A stretch of 64,000 nucleotides of DNA from Dehalococcoidia bacterium (GCA_963579845.1 CAUZHS010000001.1:4768-68767), one strand, 5' to 3'. Positions 37,879 to 47,149 are shown, counted from the stretch's first letter. Notes: generated by a model from the sequence alone, not told the origin. A program made the numbers and translations.

Positions 37879-39150
37879 GTGACCACCGTCGCATCGGAGC
37901 TGCTCAGCAAAGCCCAGGCCGCACGGGCTGCGTCACGGCATGTGCGCAGCCTCTCCACCGGAGCGAAGAACGAGGCGATCCTTGCCATCTCCGATGCCTT
38001 GGAACGCGAGGCTAACACGCTCCTAGCAGCCAACACATTGGACATGGACGCTGGCCGGAAGACCGGACTTGCGGCGGCGTTCCTTGCCAGGCTCGAGCTC
38101 ACCGCCGAGGGGCTCAAGTCAATGGCCAACGGTGTCCGTACCGTGGCCACCCTTCCCGACCCCGTGGGGGAGGAGTTCGACGCCAAGGTACTGGCCAATG
38201 GTATTCGCCTGGCCCGGCGCCGAGTGCCTCTGGGTGTCATCGGCACCATCTTCGAAGCGCGCCCGGAGGTACCAGCCGACATCTCCTCCCTGTGCCTCAA
38301 GTCGGGCAACGCCGTCATCCTCCGGGGTGGCAGCGACGCCATCAACACCAACAGGGCTCTGGGTAAGGTGATCAGGGCCGCGCTGGAGGGTTCAGGTGTG
38401 CCTGCCGACGCCGTCCAGATCATAGAGTCCACCGATCGGGCTCTGGTACAGCAAATGGTAAAGCTTGATGCGTATATCGACCTGCTAATCCCCCGAGGCG
38501 GTCCCGACCTGGTCCACTTCGTTAATGCCGAGGCGACCATGCCGTCCATCACCGGTGGCATCGGCGTGTGTCATACCTACGTGGATGCCACTGCGGACGC
38601 GGACATGGCCGCCGACGTCATCTTTAACGCCAAGGTCCAGGCCCCCGCCAAATGCAATGCCCTCGACACCGTTCTGGTGCATCCATTGGCGGCGCCCGCA
38701 GTGCTACCGAAGATGGCAGCGAAACTAGCGTCAGCTAACGTGGAGTTGCATTGCGACCACCGAGCGTTGGCCCTAATCGGGCCCGGCAATGGCCTGGTCA
38801 GCGCGGCGACCACTAACGACTGGGGCACCGAGTTCCTGGCCCTAGTGCTCTCTGTAAAGGTGGTCGACTCCATGGACGAGGCCATTGAGCACATCGAAAC
38901 CCACGGCTCCGGCCACACTGAAGCGATTCTCACCTCCGATTACGCCAACGCCATGCGGTTTGTCGATGAGGTGGACGCAGGCGTCGTATTGGTCAACGCC
39001 AGCACTCGTTTCAACGATGGAGGCCAATTCGGTCTGGGCGCCGAGGTGGCCATCAGCACCAATAAGCTGCATGCCCGCGGCCCCATGGGGCTGCAGGAAC
39101 TCACCACCTACAAGTGGGTGGCTTTGGGCAACGGCCAGGTTCGGGGGTAA
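37879..39150 (+). CDS. proA: glutamate-5-semialdehyde dehydrogenase
   Basis: GTG 37879 follows GGGAGG directly after the proB stop. VPLGVIGTIFEARPEV, CNALDTVLVH, GSGHTEAI. Confidence 0.9.
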   Translation: MTTVASELLSKAQAARAASRHVRSLSTGAKNEAILAISDALEREANTLLAANTLDMDAGRKTGLAAAFLARLELTAEGLKSMANGVRTVATLPDPVGEEFDAKVLANGIRLARRRVPLGVIGTIFEARPEVPADISSLCLKSGNAVILRGGSDAINTNRALGKVIRAALEGSGVPADAVQIIESTDRALVQQMVKLDAYIDLLIPRGGPDLVHFVNAEATMPSITGGIGVCHTYVDATADADMAADVIFNAKVQAPAKCNALDTVLVHPLAAPAVLPKMAAKLASANVELHCDHRALALIGPGNGLVSAATTNDWGTEFLALVLSVKVVDSMDEAIEHIETHGSGHTEAILTSDYANAMRFVDEVDAGVVLVNASTRFNDGGQFGLGAEVAISTNKLHARGPMGLQELTTYKWVALGNGQVRG

Positions 39151-39212
39151 TCCCCTCCTCGCTAGATGTCTTTGCCCAATGTCACCAGACTCGTTCCAGG
39201 AAGGAGCTTGCC

Positions 39213-39518
39213 ATGGAACTTCGATTTGAACGCGAGTGCCGCACCCCCTACTCCGAGGTGTACACCATCCTGGACGAAGACGAGCCCCAAGGCCGGCTGG
39301 ATATCCATTTCGCCGGCAATCTGATCCACGCCACCCTCTGCGTCAGCGAGCGTTTCACCCAGGACGAGATCCAAGACCTCATCGAAGACATGGATCATCA
39401 GATGCTGGATGCCATCGGGCTCTCGCGGGAGGACTTCATCGTTCATGTCCACCAGGGACGTGATGTGGGTGTGTTCAGCAACCAAGAGTACAGCGAAGAC
39501 GGCCAGGAGGCCGAGTAG
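39213..39518 (+). CDS. small acidic hypothetical protein
   Basis: ATG 39213 follows AAGGAG. 101 aa, no family recognised. Confidence 0.45.
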   Translation: MELRFERECRTPYSEVYTILDEDEPQGRLDIHFAGNLIHATLCVSERFTQDEIQDLIEDMDHQMLDAIGLSREDFIVHVHQGRDVGVFSNQEYSEDGQEAE

Positions 39519-39539
39519 TCCCCCTCCCCAAGTCATATA

Positions 39540-40397
39540 GTGGTCATCGACTTCCACACTCACATCCTTCCTCCCTCTTTCCGCGACCAACGCCGCGTTC
39601 TCCGGGAACGGGACGCCACTTTCGCTGGGCTTTTCAAGCGCGATAATGCGCCCGTGGCCACCGCAGAAGAGTTGGTGGCGGCCATGGATAAGGACGGCGT
39701 GGCGACCTCCGTAGTGCAGGGTTACGGTTGGAGCGACCAAACGATAGCGCGGGAGTCCAACGACTACTTACTCGAGGCCGCCGTTCGCTTTCCCGGACGC
39801 TTGGTGCCCTTTTGCAGCGTCAATCCTGTCTGGGGCGATGACGCCGCTATTGAGGTCGAACGCTGCGTTGCACATGGCGCACGAGGCATCGGCGAACTCC
39901 ACCCCACGACCCAGGGCCTGGACCTGGCCAATGAGCCGTACCTGGACCCCGTCATGACACTAGCGCAACAGCACGGCCTGCCTGTGGTGGTCCACGGCTC
40001 AGAACCCGTGGGGCACACCTACGACGGCAAGGGCGACGTCACGCCGGATAAGCTGCTGTCCTTCATCAACCGCTATCCCGGCGCCACCATCGTCTGCGCC
40101 CACTGGGGCGGCGGGCTTCTCTTCTACGAGTTGATGCCCGAAGTCCGCAAGGCGTTAGTCAACGTCTACTTCGACACTGCCGCCACCTCGTTCCTCTACC
40201 GGCGCCAAGTATTCCCGACCGCCATCCAGGCGGCCGGTGCCGAGAAGCTACTCTTCGGGTCCGATTATCCGTTGCTCAGCGCCCGGCGGGTCGTGAACGA
40301 AGCGAAGGCAGCCTTACAGGAAGCGGGTCTTGATGACAGCTTGCAGCAGGCCATCCTACACGACAACGCCGCCCGCCTTTTGATGATTGGGGCCTAA
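39540..40397 (+). CDS. amidohydrolase-2 family metal-dependent TIM-barrel hydrolase
   Basis: VIDFHTHILP at the N-terminus, later VVHGSEP and FGSDYPL. Confidence 0.75.
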   Translation: MVIDFHTHILPPSFRDQRRVLRERDATFAGLFKRDNAPVATAEELVAAMDKDGVATSVVQGYGWSDQTIARESNDYLLEAAVRFPGRLVPFCSVNPVWGDDAAIEVERCVAHGARGIGELHPTTQGLDLANEPYLDPVMTLAQQHGLPVVVHGSEPVGHTYDGKGDVTPDKLLSFINRYPGATIVCAHWGGGLLFYELMPEVRKALVNVYFDTAATSFLYRRQVFPTAIQAAGAEKLLFGSDYPLLSARRVVNEAKAALQEAGLDDSLQQAILHDNAARLLMIGA

Positions 40398-40402
40398 CGT
40401 CC

Positions 40403-40951
40403 ATGCAAACACTGCCCGACTACCTCCAGTCAGACTTGGACATCGTGTTCGTCGGCATCAACCCCGGTGCCTACTCGGCCAAGCTTGGCCTCTACTTCGC
40501 CACGGCCCGTAACCGGTTCTGGCCGGCGCTCAACCATTCCGGCATTATCCTCTCCGGGCACGACCTCGGACCCGGAGATGAGGCGCGTATGAACAGAGTT
40601 GGCGTCGGCTTCACCGATGTCGTCAAGCGTCCCAGCTCTAGCGCCTCAAGCCTGCGCGCTGCCGATTACCGACAGGACGCGCCGACCCTCAAAGCCAACC
40701 TCTTGAAGTACCAACCCCTGGTGGTGTGTTTCAATGGTCTTACCGCCTATAAGAATTACCTGCGATACGCTGAGGGCACGAAGGTGTCGCCAGCCCTCGG
40801 TGCCCAGGAGCGCCGCATCGGTACCAGCCGCATCTTCGTGGTGCCCAGCTCCAGTCCGGCCAACGCCGCCTATTCGCTAGAAGTTCTCGCCGACTGGTAC
40901 GTCCGGCTTGGCGAATACCGGGACCGTACCAAGATACAACGGAATGGCTGA
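40403..40951 (+). CDS. mug: G/U mismatch-specific DNA glycosylase (Mug/TDG family)
   Basis: LDIVFVGINPGAYSA....YFA...NRFW and SSSPANA blocks. Confidence 0.85.
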   Translation: MQTLPDYLQSDLDIVFVGINPGAYSAKLGLYFATARNRFWPALNHSGIILSGHDLGPGDEARMNRVGVGFTDVVKRPSSSASSLRAADYRQDAPTLKANLLKYQPLVVCFNGLTAYKNYLRYAEGTKVSPALGAQERRIGTSRIFVVPSSSPANAAYSLEVLADWYVRLGEYRDRTKIQRNG

Positions 40952-41478
40952 AGAAGGCCGATCCCTTCGCCTGTTTATCACCGTGGAACCCCCATTCCTG
41001 GTACACCAAACCGCTGTACGTGTGGCACGGGACATCGAATCACCGGCGGCAAAGTCACAGGTGGTCGCTCGATGTCACTGGCCTCCAAATCGTTGCCTTT
41101 TCGAGTCATGGCAAGTCGTTGCACCAGCCCCCATCAGTGCTAAACGAAGGCGAGTGCCAACTCACAACTTCCACGGTCCCTTGATGAGGCCTCGCTACAC
41201 GCAGCAAATATCCGTGCCATGTTTAGCTAAACTGCCGCCGTAAATCCTACGGAGCGCCGCTTCAGCGTATCGGTCGTAAGCATAATGCAGAGCACCTTGA
41301 CGCGTTCAGGGGGGGGCGCCGCCACTGCACCAGCTCTACGAAGCTCCCCCCTGGCCCCAGCGGGTGTGCACTGCGCCCATAACTAACGTCGCTGCGGTGG
41401 GCCTTGCCTTGCCGTCGTCATTCCAGCGTGAGCCGGAATCTAATTAGCCCCGCATAGGAGCCACGGGCTTCGCGCTTG

Positions 41479-41910
41479 CTAGGCTCCTGCGACTTCCCGA
41501 TCCTGTACCACGTCCTGATTGATGGCCAAGATTCGGTCCACTCTAATAAGCACAGCCGAACCCTGCTTCTCCGGGTCGCGGTCCCGTTCCGGCTGCACCG
41601 TCCGCTCCCAAATCCCCTCCCGGGTCGGACCATCCTCGAAGACCTGCACGTCACCGAAGAAACGCCATCCAACTCTAGTCTCCGGGTCACGGAAGAAGAC
41701 CGCCACATGGGGGTTCTCCAACACGTGTTCTCTGGCACCGCCCGAGGGCCGTTTCCAGTAGGCCAAGTGCTCATCGTCGAACACCATCATGCTGCCCCGG
41801 TAGCCCACGCCTGGATAGCCCTGCGCCGAAGCCGTTACCAACAGGCACGGCTTCCGGTTGGGTAGAGCGTTGTCGATATGCTCACGCATCTCATCAGTCA
41901 GTGAAATCAT
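41479..41910 (-). CDS. pyridoxamine 5'-phosphate oxidase-fold (PPOX/FMN- or F420-binding) protein
   Basis: PCLLVTASAQGYPGVGYRGSMMVFDDEHLAYW....NPHVAVFFRDP. Confidence 0.65.
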   Translation of the reverse strand: MISLTDEMREHIDNALPNRKPCLLVTASAQGYPGVGYRGSMMVFDDEHLAYWKRPSGGAREHVLENPHVAVFFRDPETRVGWRFFGDVQVFEDGPTREGIWERTVQPERDRDPEKQGSAVLIRVDRILAINQDVVQDREVAGA

Positions 41911-42416
41911 CCTCCCATTCCTTTCTTGTCCTAGGAGGATAGCGGAGGGGGCTGCCCACCTCGCAACCCGACCGACCGGCCGGGCAGAGCGCGAACGACC
42001 CTAGCAGTCAACTATCCGGTGGTAGGCCTAACTTGCCGCCTTATTAGAGTTTAAACCTACATGAATTTTTCACTGCTTATGGGTCCAGGTCGAAGACTCA
42101 CAACCTGTCGGAGGCACGCCCAGGCCGTATTCTTGGCCTAGGCTACCAAGAAGGAAACAACACCATGAACTTCGACGATGCCCTAACCTTTCCCCAGACC
42201 TACCACCGGGCTGTGGTCATGATCAGCCCGGAGCGGGTCTACGGAGTCAGGGTGTAGCCAGCATAGAAAAGGCGTTGCACACGATGGTCAACGGCGGAAA
42301 AGGCTATCGACGCGTCTCGCGACGCGACTTTGGTATCGTTCGCAGGAGCGTGGTGCTCACGGCGGGGCTTGGACGCTAGCGGAGAGTCTGCGTTTACTGG
42401 GAGGGTAATGGAGCCC

Positions 42417-42572
42417 CTACACCGCCCGTGCGTCGTGGGGCAACAGCAAGCAGGGCTCGCCCCACTGGGACTCGGTGGTCACGTCCCAGGGCTCCTCAAT
42501 CGACTCGAACATCTTCACCACGGCCCAATCGGTATTGGGGCCTGATGAAACGTCCACCTCAACATAGTGCAT
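42417..42572 (-). CDS. small hypothetical protein (51 aa)
   Basis: ATG 42572 is preceded by GGAGGCGAGGAG. Translation MHYVEVDVSSGPNTDWAVVKMFESIEEPWDVTTESQWGEPCLLLPHDARAV. No family recognised. Confidence 0.35.
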   Translation of the reverse strand: MHYVEVDVSSGPNTDWAVVKMFESIEEPWDVTTESQWGEPCLLLPHDARAV

Positions 42573-42711
42573 ACAACTCCTCGCCTCCAAGGTATCCCCT
42601 GGGCATTTATACGGAGACACGAATGTGAAATATGTCCCAGGTTGACTGCGTCTACCGCTCTGGCCCACTGACGGTTCCTTCATTATTCAACGCACAGCAC
42701 ATCTACCCCGG

Positions 42712-43698
42712 CTAGGGGAGAAAGCCGGTGAGCTTCGCCAGAGTCCAGCCCAGGGCGAAACAAGTAGGGTACGTAATAAGCCAGGCCAACATGATGTTGC
42801 GCGTTACGCCCCAGCGGACGGCAGAAAGACGTCGGGTGGCCCCCACGCCCAGGATGGTGGCGGTGGAGGTGTGCGTGGTGCTGACAGGCAGGCCCATGTT
42901 GGATGCGCCCTCGATGATGGCAGCGGCCATAGCGTTGGCGGCAAACCCGTTGATGGGCTCCAGGCGTGTCACGCGCATACCCAGCGTGCGGATGACTCGC
43001 ATGCCGCCTAGGGCGGTTCCCAGACCGATGGCCAGAGCCGACGCAAGCACCATCCACAGCTCTATGCTCAGGGGCTGCACTTGGTAGACGGCCCACGAAA
43101 GGGCGATCATCCCCATGGCGTTTTGGCCGTCGTTCTTGCCGTGGCTGTAGGAGAGGAAGGCGGCTGCGACCAACTGAAGTTTGCTTCCCACTGCGTTGAC
43201 AGCGGTGGGGGAGCGTCTCCTGAAAAACCAGTACAGCAGCAGCATGAAAAGGAACCCCCCCAAGATGCCGAGGATGGGGGAGAGGGCCAGGGCCAAAAGT
43301 ACCTTGATGACAATACTGCCGTCCAGTGCGCCAACGCCAGCAACAGCAATGCCAGCGCCCATAACGCCGGCGATTAGGGAATGACTGACGCTCACGGGCC
43401 AACCCTGGCGGGTAGCGATCGTGACCCAAATAACGGAGGCACCGATCGCAGAGATTACAGCATATTGAGTCATGTTGGAGGGATCAATAATCCCTTTACC
43501 CAGCGTCTTGGCCACAGCGGTGCCAGTGAGCGCGCCCAAGAGGTTGAGGACACCTGCCATAAGCACGGCAACCGCGGGGGTCAGCACCCGGGTTGAGATG
43601 ACCGTGGCGATGGCATTAGCGGCATCGTTCATACCGTTGCCATAGGCGTATGCCAGGGCCAGGCCAATACTGATGGACAGGATAACGATTTCAAGCAT
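42712..43698 (-). CDS. pit: PiT-family inorganic phosphate transporter
   Basis: GMNDAANAIATVISTRVL and the second repeat YSHGKNDGQNAMG. 328 aa, polytopic. Confidence 0.9.
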   Translation of the reverse strand: MLEIVILSISIGLALAYAYGNGMNDAANAIATVISTRVLTPAVAVLMAGVLNLLGALTGTAVAKTLGKGIIDPSNMTQYAVISAIGASVIWVTIATRQGWPVSVSHSLIAGVMGAGIAVAGVGALDGSIVIKVLLALALSPILGILGGFLFMLLLYWFFRRRSPTAVNAVGSKLQLVAAAFLSYSHGKNDGQNAMGMIALSWAVYQVQPLSIELWMVLASALAIGLGTALGGMRVIRTLGMRVTRLEPINGFAANAMAAAIIEGASNMGLPVSTTHTSTATILGVGATRRLSAVRWGVTRNIMLAWLITYPTCFALGWTLAKLTGFLP

Positions 43699-44338
43699 GC
43701 TTAAGCACGATGGCCTCTAAGACATTAGCGGCGTCTTCACAACGGTCGGCGGAGAACTCCAGCAGGCCGTATATATCCTTCCACTTAATGATTTCTATGG
43801 GATCCTTCTCTTGAGCGAAGAGCTCCCCAATGGCCTTGGAGGTCACCTGGTCTGCTTCGTTTTCCAGACGGTTCAGCTCCACAGCCAAGGGCAGTATCTC
43901 TCTGAGTTTCGGCCCTTTTCCTTGAAGCATGACACCTGCCTGCTCAAGGCAAGCCCCCGCCTGGGCGATGATCTTCGCCAGTTCGATAGCCCTGGGGGTA
44001 GGCGCAGTGATCCCGTACTCAATCATCGTCCGCGACACCTCTTCCGCACCGTCCACGACGTCGTCGAGCCGGTCTCCCAGCTGCGCGATATCCTCCCGGT
44101 CGAAGGGGGTCACGAAGGTGCGGTGAAGGTTGGTCATGATCTGGTGGATGATGTGGTCGCCCACCTCCTCCAACTCTTTAATCTCCGCCGCTTTCGCTTC
44201 GGAGTCCTCATAGTGCTCCATGAAGTCGACCAGCTTGTCGGTCACCTCGTGCAAATTCCGCGTGCTGCTGCGTATAAGACCGAAGAACCGATCCTCCCGA
44301 GGCATAAGCGCTTGGGGAAGGAATTTTGGCAATCTCAT
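43691..44338 (-). CDS. DUF47/PhoU-like phosphate transport regulator (TIGR00153-type)
   Basis: Canonical partner of PiT. LPREDRFFGL, FVTPFDREDI, overlaps pit by 8 nt. Confidence 0.8.
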   Translation of the reverse strand: MRLPKFLPQALMPREDRFFGLIRSSTRNLHEVTDKLVDFMEHYEDSEAKAAEIKELEEVGDHIIHQIMTNLHRTFVTPFDREDIAQLGDRLDDVVDGAEEVSRTMIEYGITAPTPRAIELAKIIAQAGACLEQAGVMLQGKGPKLREILPLAVELNRLENEADQVTSKAIGELFAQEKDPIEIIKWKDIYGLLEFSADRCEDAANVLEAIVLKHA

Positions 44339-44391
44339 ATTTCACCTCCTGTGAAGCGTCCCGCTCCATAACTACACTGTTTTTTCAACAC

Positions 44392-44435
44392 AAAAAAAAC
44401 CCCTTCCTGTTAAAGGAAGGGTCTAAAGGAAGGGG
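44392..44435 (-). terminator. intrinsic terminator with duplicated 5' arm, upstream of DUF47-pit
   Basis: The minus strand reads CCCCTTCC-TTTAGA-CCCTTCC-TTTAACA-GGAAGGGG-T8. GGAAGGGG can pair with either upstream arm. Confidence 0.6.
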
Positions 44436-44464
44436 TTAAAATACACAACAGAACATCGATTCAT
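44423..44464 (-). CDS. candidate 13-codon leader peptide (MNRCSVVYFNPFL)
   Basis: ATG 44464 lies 4 nt after GAGGAG. The last codons and the stop lie on the distal arm of the terminator. Confidence 0.2.
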   Translation of the reverse strand: MNRCSVVYFNPFL

Positions 44465-44540
44465 ACCACTCCTCAGAATATCAGCCAAAGGAGCACCAGT
44501 CAATCAAAAGCGAAGCGAATATCTCCTAATCCGAGGCGCT

Positions 44541-44675
44541 TTATCTATCTGGCGCCAAGGCCTCCAGCTTCTCATGGATGGTCATCTTCAGCTCGCGAAT
44601 GTCGTCGATGGAGATGCCGCTGGCATCCTTCGCCTGATTGTCGTAGGCCAACTCGCCATCCAGGTAACATCTCAA
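44541..44675 (-). CDS. possible 44-aa ORF or gene remnant
   Basis: The TTG-initiated ORF translates as ...DGELAYDNQAKDASGISIDDIRELKMTIHEKLEALAPDR and ends about 100 nt before the terminator. No family recognised. Confidence 0.2.
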   Translation of the reverse strand: MRCYLDGELAYDNQAKDASGISIDDIRELKMTIHEKLEALAPDR

Positions 44676-44897
44676 ATCGGCCCCCGATCACAGACGTGAT
44701 AGAACCCCGTAAGTCACCGGCAACCTCTCTATTCAGTTCGCGCGCCGTCCAGACGATAATGGGGAGGGACCCTCAGCCCTTTCAGCACCGGCTTGCCGCA
44801 TGTATCTGCCCAGCCAACTGCTCTGCCATCTCGCACTTCCTTCGTCCGTACCCAACTAACCTGAAGGCCGCTTACTACTGCCCACGAGCCACTTCAA

Positions 44898-44967
44898 GGG
44901 CCACACCAGCCGCCCACGGGAGTGCCGCTTGGCGTAGGATGAGGGCCACACCAACCGCACACGGGAG
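44898..44967 (+). repeat. 25-nt direct repeat (23/25 identical) upstream of cofE
   Basis: GGGCCACACCAGCCGCCCACGGGAG (44898-44922) and GGGCCACACCAACCGCACACGGGAG (44943-44967). The second copy runs into the cofE Shine-Dalgarno GGGAGGAG. Confidence 0.85.
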
Positions 44968-44972
44968 GAGCC

Positions 44973-45737
44973 ATGCCAGCAACGGTCACCCTAATTGGAA
45001 TCGAAGGACTGCCAGACATCCGGCCAGGAGACGACCTGGCCAGGCTAACGGTCCAGGCGGCCCAGGCCCAGGGCACACCCCTCGCCGACGGCGATGTGCT
45101 GGTGGTCACGCAAAAGGTGGTGTCCAAGGCCGAAGCCCGGCTGGTCAAGCTCACCACGGTGGAGCCGTCGGCCCTGGCCCGGGAGTTCGCCGAGGCTTGG
45201 GACAAAGACGCGCGCGTGGTTGAGTTGGCCTTGCGTGAAGCAAAACGGGTGATCCGCATGGATAACGGAGTGCTCATCACCGAGACACGTCACGGATTCC
45301 GGTGCGCCAACTCCGGCGTGGACGCCTCCAACGTCGGGCCGGAGGGCGAGGAGACGGTGGCGCTCTTGCCCCTAGACCCCGACAGTTCGGCCAGGGCGTT
45401 TCGTCAGGATATCAGCAACGTTGCGGGCGCGGACGTGGCGGTGATTATCTCCGACACCTTCGGACGTCCGTGGCGCGAGGGCGCAGAGAACGTGGCGGTG
45501 GGTGTAGCGGGCATGAAGGCTCTGCGGGACTACAAGGGAGAGCAGGACAACTACGGACGGGAACTGCAATCGACGACCATCGCCGTGGCTGACGAGCTAG
45601 CGGCGGCCGCGGAGCTAGTGACCAACAAACTGACTCGGGTACCCGTGGCGATCGTTCGGGGCTACCCCTACCAGCCGGGGGGAGCTGAGGGCGTCAAGCC
45701 TCTGATCCGGGAGGCGGCCAAGGACCTGTTTCGGTAG
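44973..45737 (+). CDS. cofE: coenzyme F420-0:L-glutamate ligase
   Basis: GIEGLPDIRPGDDL, VVTQKVVSKAEARLV, NSGVDASNV, SDTFGRPWREG. Confidence 0.88.
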   Translation: MPATVTLIGIEGLPDIRPGDDLARLTVQAAQAQGTPLADGDVLVVTQKVVSKAEARLVKLTTVEPSALAREFAEAWDKDARVVELALREAKRVIRMDNGVLITETRHGFRCANSGVDASNVGPEGEETVALLPLDPDSSARAFRQDISNVAGADVAVIISDTFGRPWREGAENVAVGVAGMKALRDYKGEQDNYGRELQSTTIAVADELAAAAELVTNKLTRVPVAIVRGYPYQPGGAEGVKPLIREAAKDLFR

Positions 45738-46062
45738 GACTAACGCCGGTAGATGAGCGCGGCGCTGGAGAAACCCGAGACCTGGGTGGCGTCTTCCCGG
45801 CCACCACCTCGAACTGCAGAGTACCGTCGTCCTGAAGCTGCACCAGCGCTACAGCCAGCACATTGCTGTCTCTGTTCTTGAGCGCTATGTCGTAAGGCAG
45901 ACGCTTACTCGCCACATTGAAGACCCCCGAGCGGTGCAGCTTCACCAACCCATCAGCAGCGCCGATGCTCGCCGGGTCTGAAGAGGGGGGTTTCATCCCA
46001 TACGTCCCCTGGCATGCCCGGCAGGCATCTTCGATAATCCCCGTTAGCCCGCTGATATTCAT
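45694..46062 (-). CDS. hypothetical protein (possible frameshift near 3' end)
   Basis: Only the 3' third of the long antisense ORF 45694..46674 lies outside thiG and the riboswitch. LPYDIALKNRDSNVLAVALVQLQDDGTLQFEVV looks protein-like. Switching frame near 45785 gives ...REDATQVSGFSSAALIYRR* ending at about 45745, which would avoid overlap with cofE. Confidence 0.3.
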   Translation of the reverse strand: MNISGLTGIIEDACRACQGTYGMKPPSSDPASIGAADGLVKLHRSGVFNVASKRLPYDIALKNRDSNVLAVALVQLQDDGTLQFEVVAGKTPPRSRVSPAPRSSTGVSPTETGPWPPPGSEA

Positions 46063-46141
46063 CCGCAGGAGCGATTGGTCGATGTAGTCGTAGCCGATGG
46101 CCAGGTGACCGCTCCAATGCGCGAATGTACCCGGGAGCGCG

Positions 46142-46170
46142 TTGACGCACCTTGTCCTCCGTGCTACGCT
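46142..46170 (+). promoter_or_regulatory. sigma70-like promoter for thi leader
   Basis: TTGACG (46142-46147), 17-nt spacer, TACGCT (46165-46170). Confidence 0.45.
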
Positions 46171-46177
46171 GGCCGAG

Positions 46178-46320
46178 GTACGATAAGGCCACCGGGAGCT
46201 TGGGAAAGCCAGGCTGAGAGGCCCCGACCGCTCGGGGCGACCGGCAAGACCTGACCTGGGTAATGCCAGCGCAGGGAGGCGGACGACCACCTGTCCTGCA
46301 ATGGCGCGGTGGTCTTTTTT
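46178..46320 (+). promoter_or_regulatory. TPP (THI-box) riboswitch with intrinsic terminator
   Basis: CTGAGAG (46214-46220) and ACCTGACCTGGGTAATGCCAGCGCAGGGAGG (46249-46279) match the THI element. Terminator GACCACC-N16-GGTGGTC plus T6 (46285-46320). thiG ATG at 46352. Confidence 0.85.
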
Positions 46321-46351
46321 ATAGGGCGGCATTACTCCAAGAGGCATATCT

Positions 46352-47149
46352 ATGACCGAAGACCTACTGCATATCGGCGAGTGGGCCTTCCGATCCCGGC
46401 TCATCCTGGGCACGGGACGGCACCGCAGTGATGAGGACTTGGTGGCATCGCTAGAGGCCTCGGGCGCCGAAGTGGTGACGGTGGCCATTCGCCGGCTGGA
46501 TCTAAATACGCCTGGGCAGCGGACCATCCTGGACTTCATCGACCCCAATCGATTTATGGTGCTGCCTAACACTGCGGGCTGCCGCACACCTGAAGAGGCG
46601 CTACTGGTGGCGCGGCTCGCGCGCGCTTTGGGTCTGCCCAACTGGGTGAAGCTAGAGGTCATTCCCGACGCCACCTATCTGCTGCCCGACCCCATCGGTA
46701 CCGTGGAGGCGGCCCGCCAACTCTTGGACGACGGCTTTACGGTGCTGCCCTATATCCACGCCGACCCGGTGCTGGCCCAGCGGCTGGCGGAAATGGGCTG
46801 CGCCACGGTGATGCCCCTCGGCTCGGCTATCGGCTCGGGCCAAGGCATCCACACAGCCGAGGAAATTCGCATCATCATCGAACAGGCCACAGTCCCTGTG
46901 GTCGTGGATGCAGGGTTGGGTGTTCCGTCCGACGCGGCCCAGGCAATGGAGATGGGCGCGGATGCGGTACTGGTGAACACGGCCATCGCCCAGGCCCAAG
47001 ACCCGGCGCTGATGGCCGATGCCTTCCGCCAAGGCGTAGAGGCTGGACGCAAAGCCTTCATCGCCGGACGCATCCAGCGCAAGCCCTACGCTCAAGCCAG
47101 CAGTCCGAAAGAAGGGGTGCCAGGTCCAGGGGTTACCCTAGACCCATAA
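46352..47149 (+). CDS. thiG: thiazole synthase
   Basis: [39 protein letters not shown]. Confidence 0.92.
   Translation: MTEDLLHIGEWAFRSRLILGTGRHRSDEDLVASLEASGAEVVTVAIRRLDLNTPGQRTILDFIDPNRFMVLPNTAGCRTPEEALLVARLARALGLPNWVKLEVIPDATYLLPDPIGTVEAARQLLDDGFTVLPYIHADPVLAQRLAEMGCATVMPLGSAIGSGQGIHTAEEIRIIIEQATVPVVVDAGLGVPSDAAQAMEMGADAVLVNTAIAQAQDPALMADAFRQGVEAGRKAFIAGRIQRKPYAQASSPKEGVPGPGVTLDP

Noticed and set aside
37812-38561. A 249-aa minus-strand ORF.
   Set aside because: It is antisense to proA and has a low-complexity Ala/Arg/Ser/Thr-rich translation. It is a shadow ORF.
40908-41243. A 111-aa ORF whose MAEEGRSLRLFITVEPP... start and ...WPPNRCLF... segment faintly recall the N-terminal half of 2H phosphoesterases (ThpR/LigT).
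   Set aside because: No H-x-T/S motifs appear in any frame, and the ORF overlaps the mug 3' end. The resemblance is too weak. At most the 40952-41478 spacer is a decayed remnant.
44696-45223. A 175-aa plus-strand ORF upstream of and overlapping cofE.
   Set aside because: It is out of frame with the clear cofE start (SD plus ATG at 44973). Its Arg/Ala/Pro/Gly-rich translation partly reflects the 25-nt direct repeat.
46063-46674. The upstream two-thirds of the 326-aa minus-strand ORF 45694..46674.
   Set aside because: It runs antisense through thiG, the TPP riboswitch and its promoter. Only the 3' third (45694-46062) is kept, as a low-confidence CDS.
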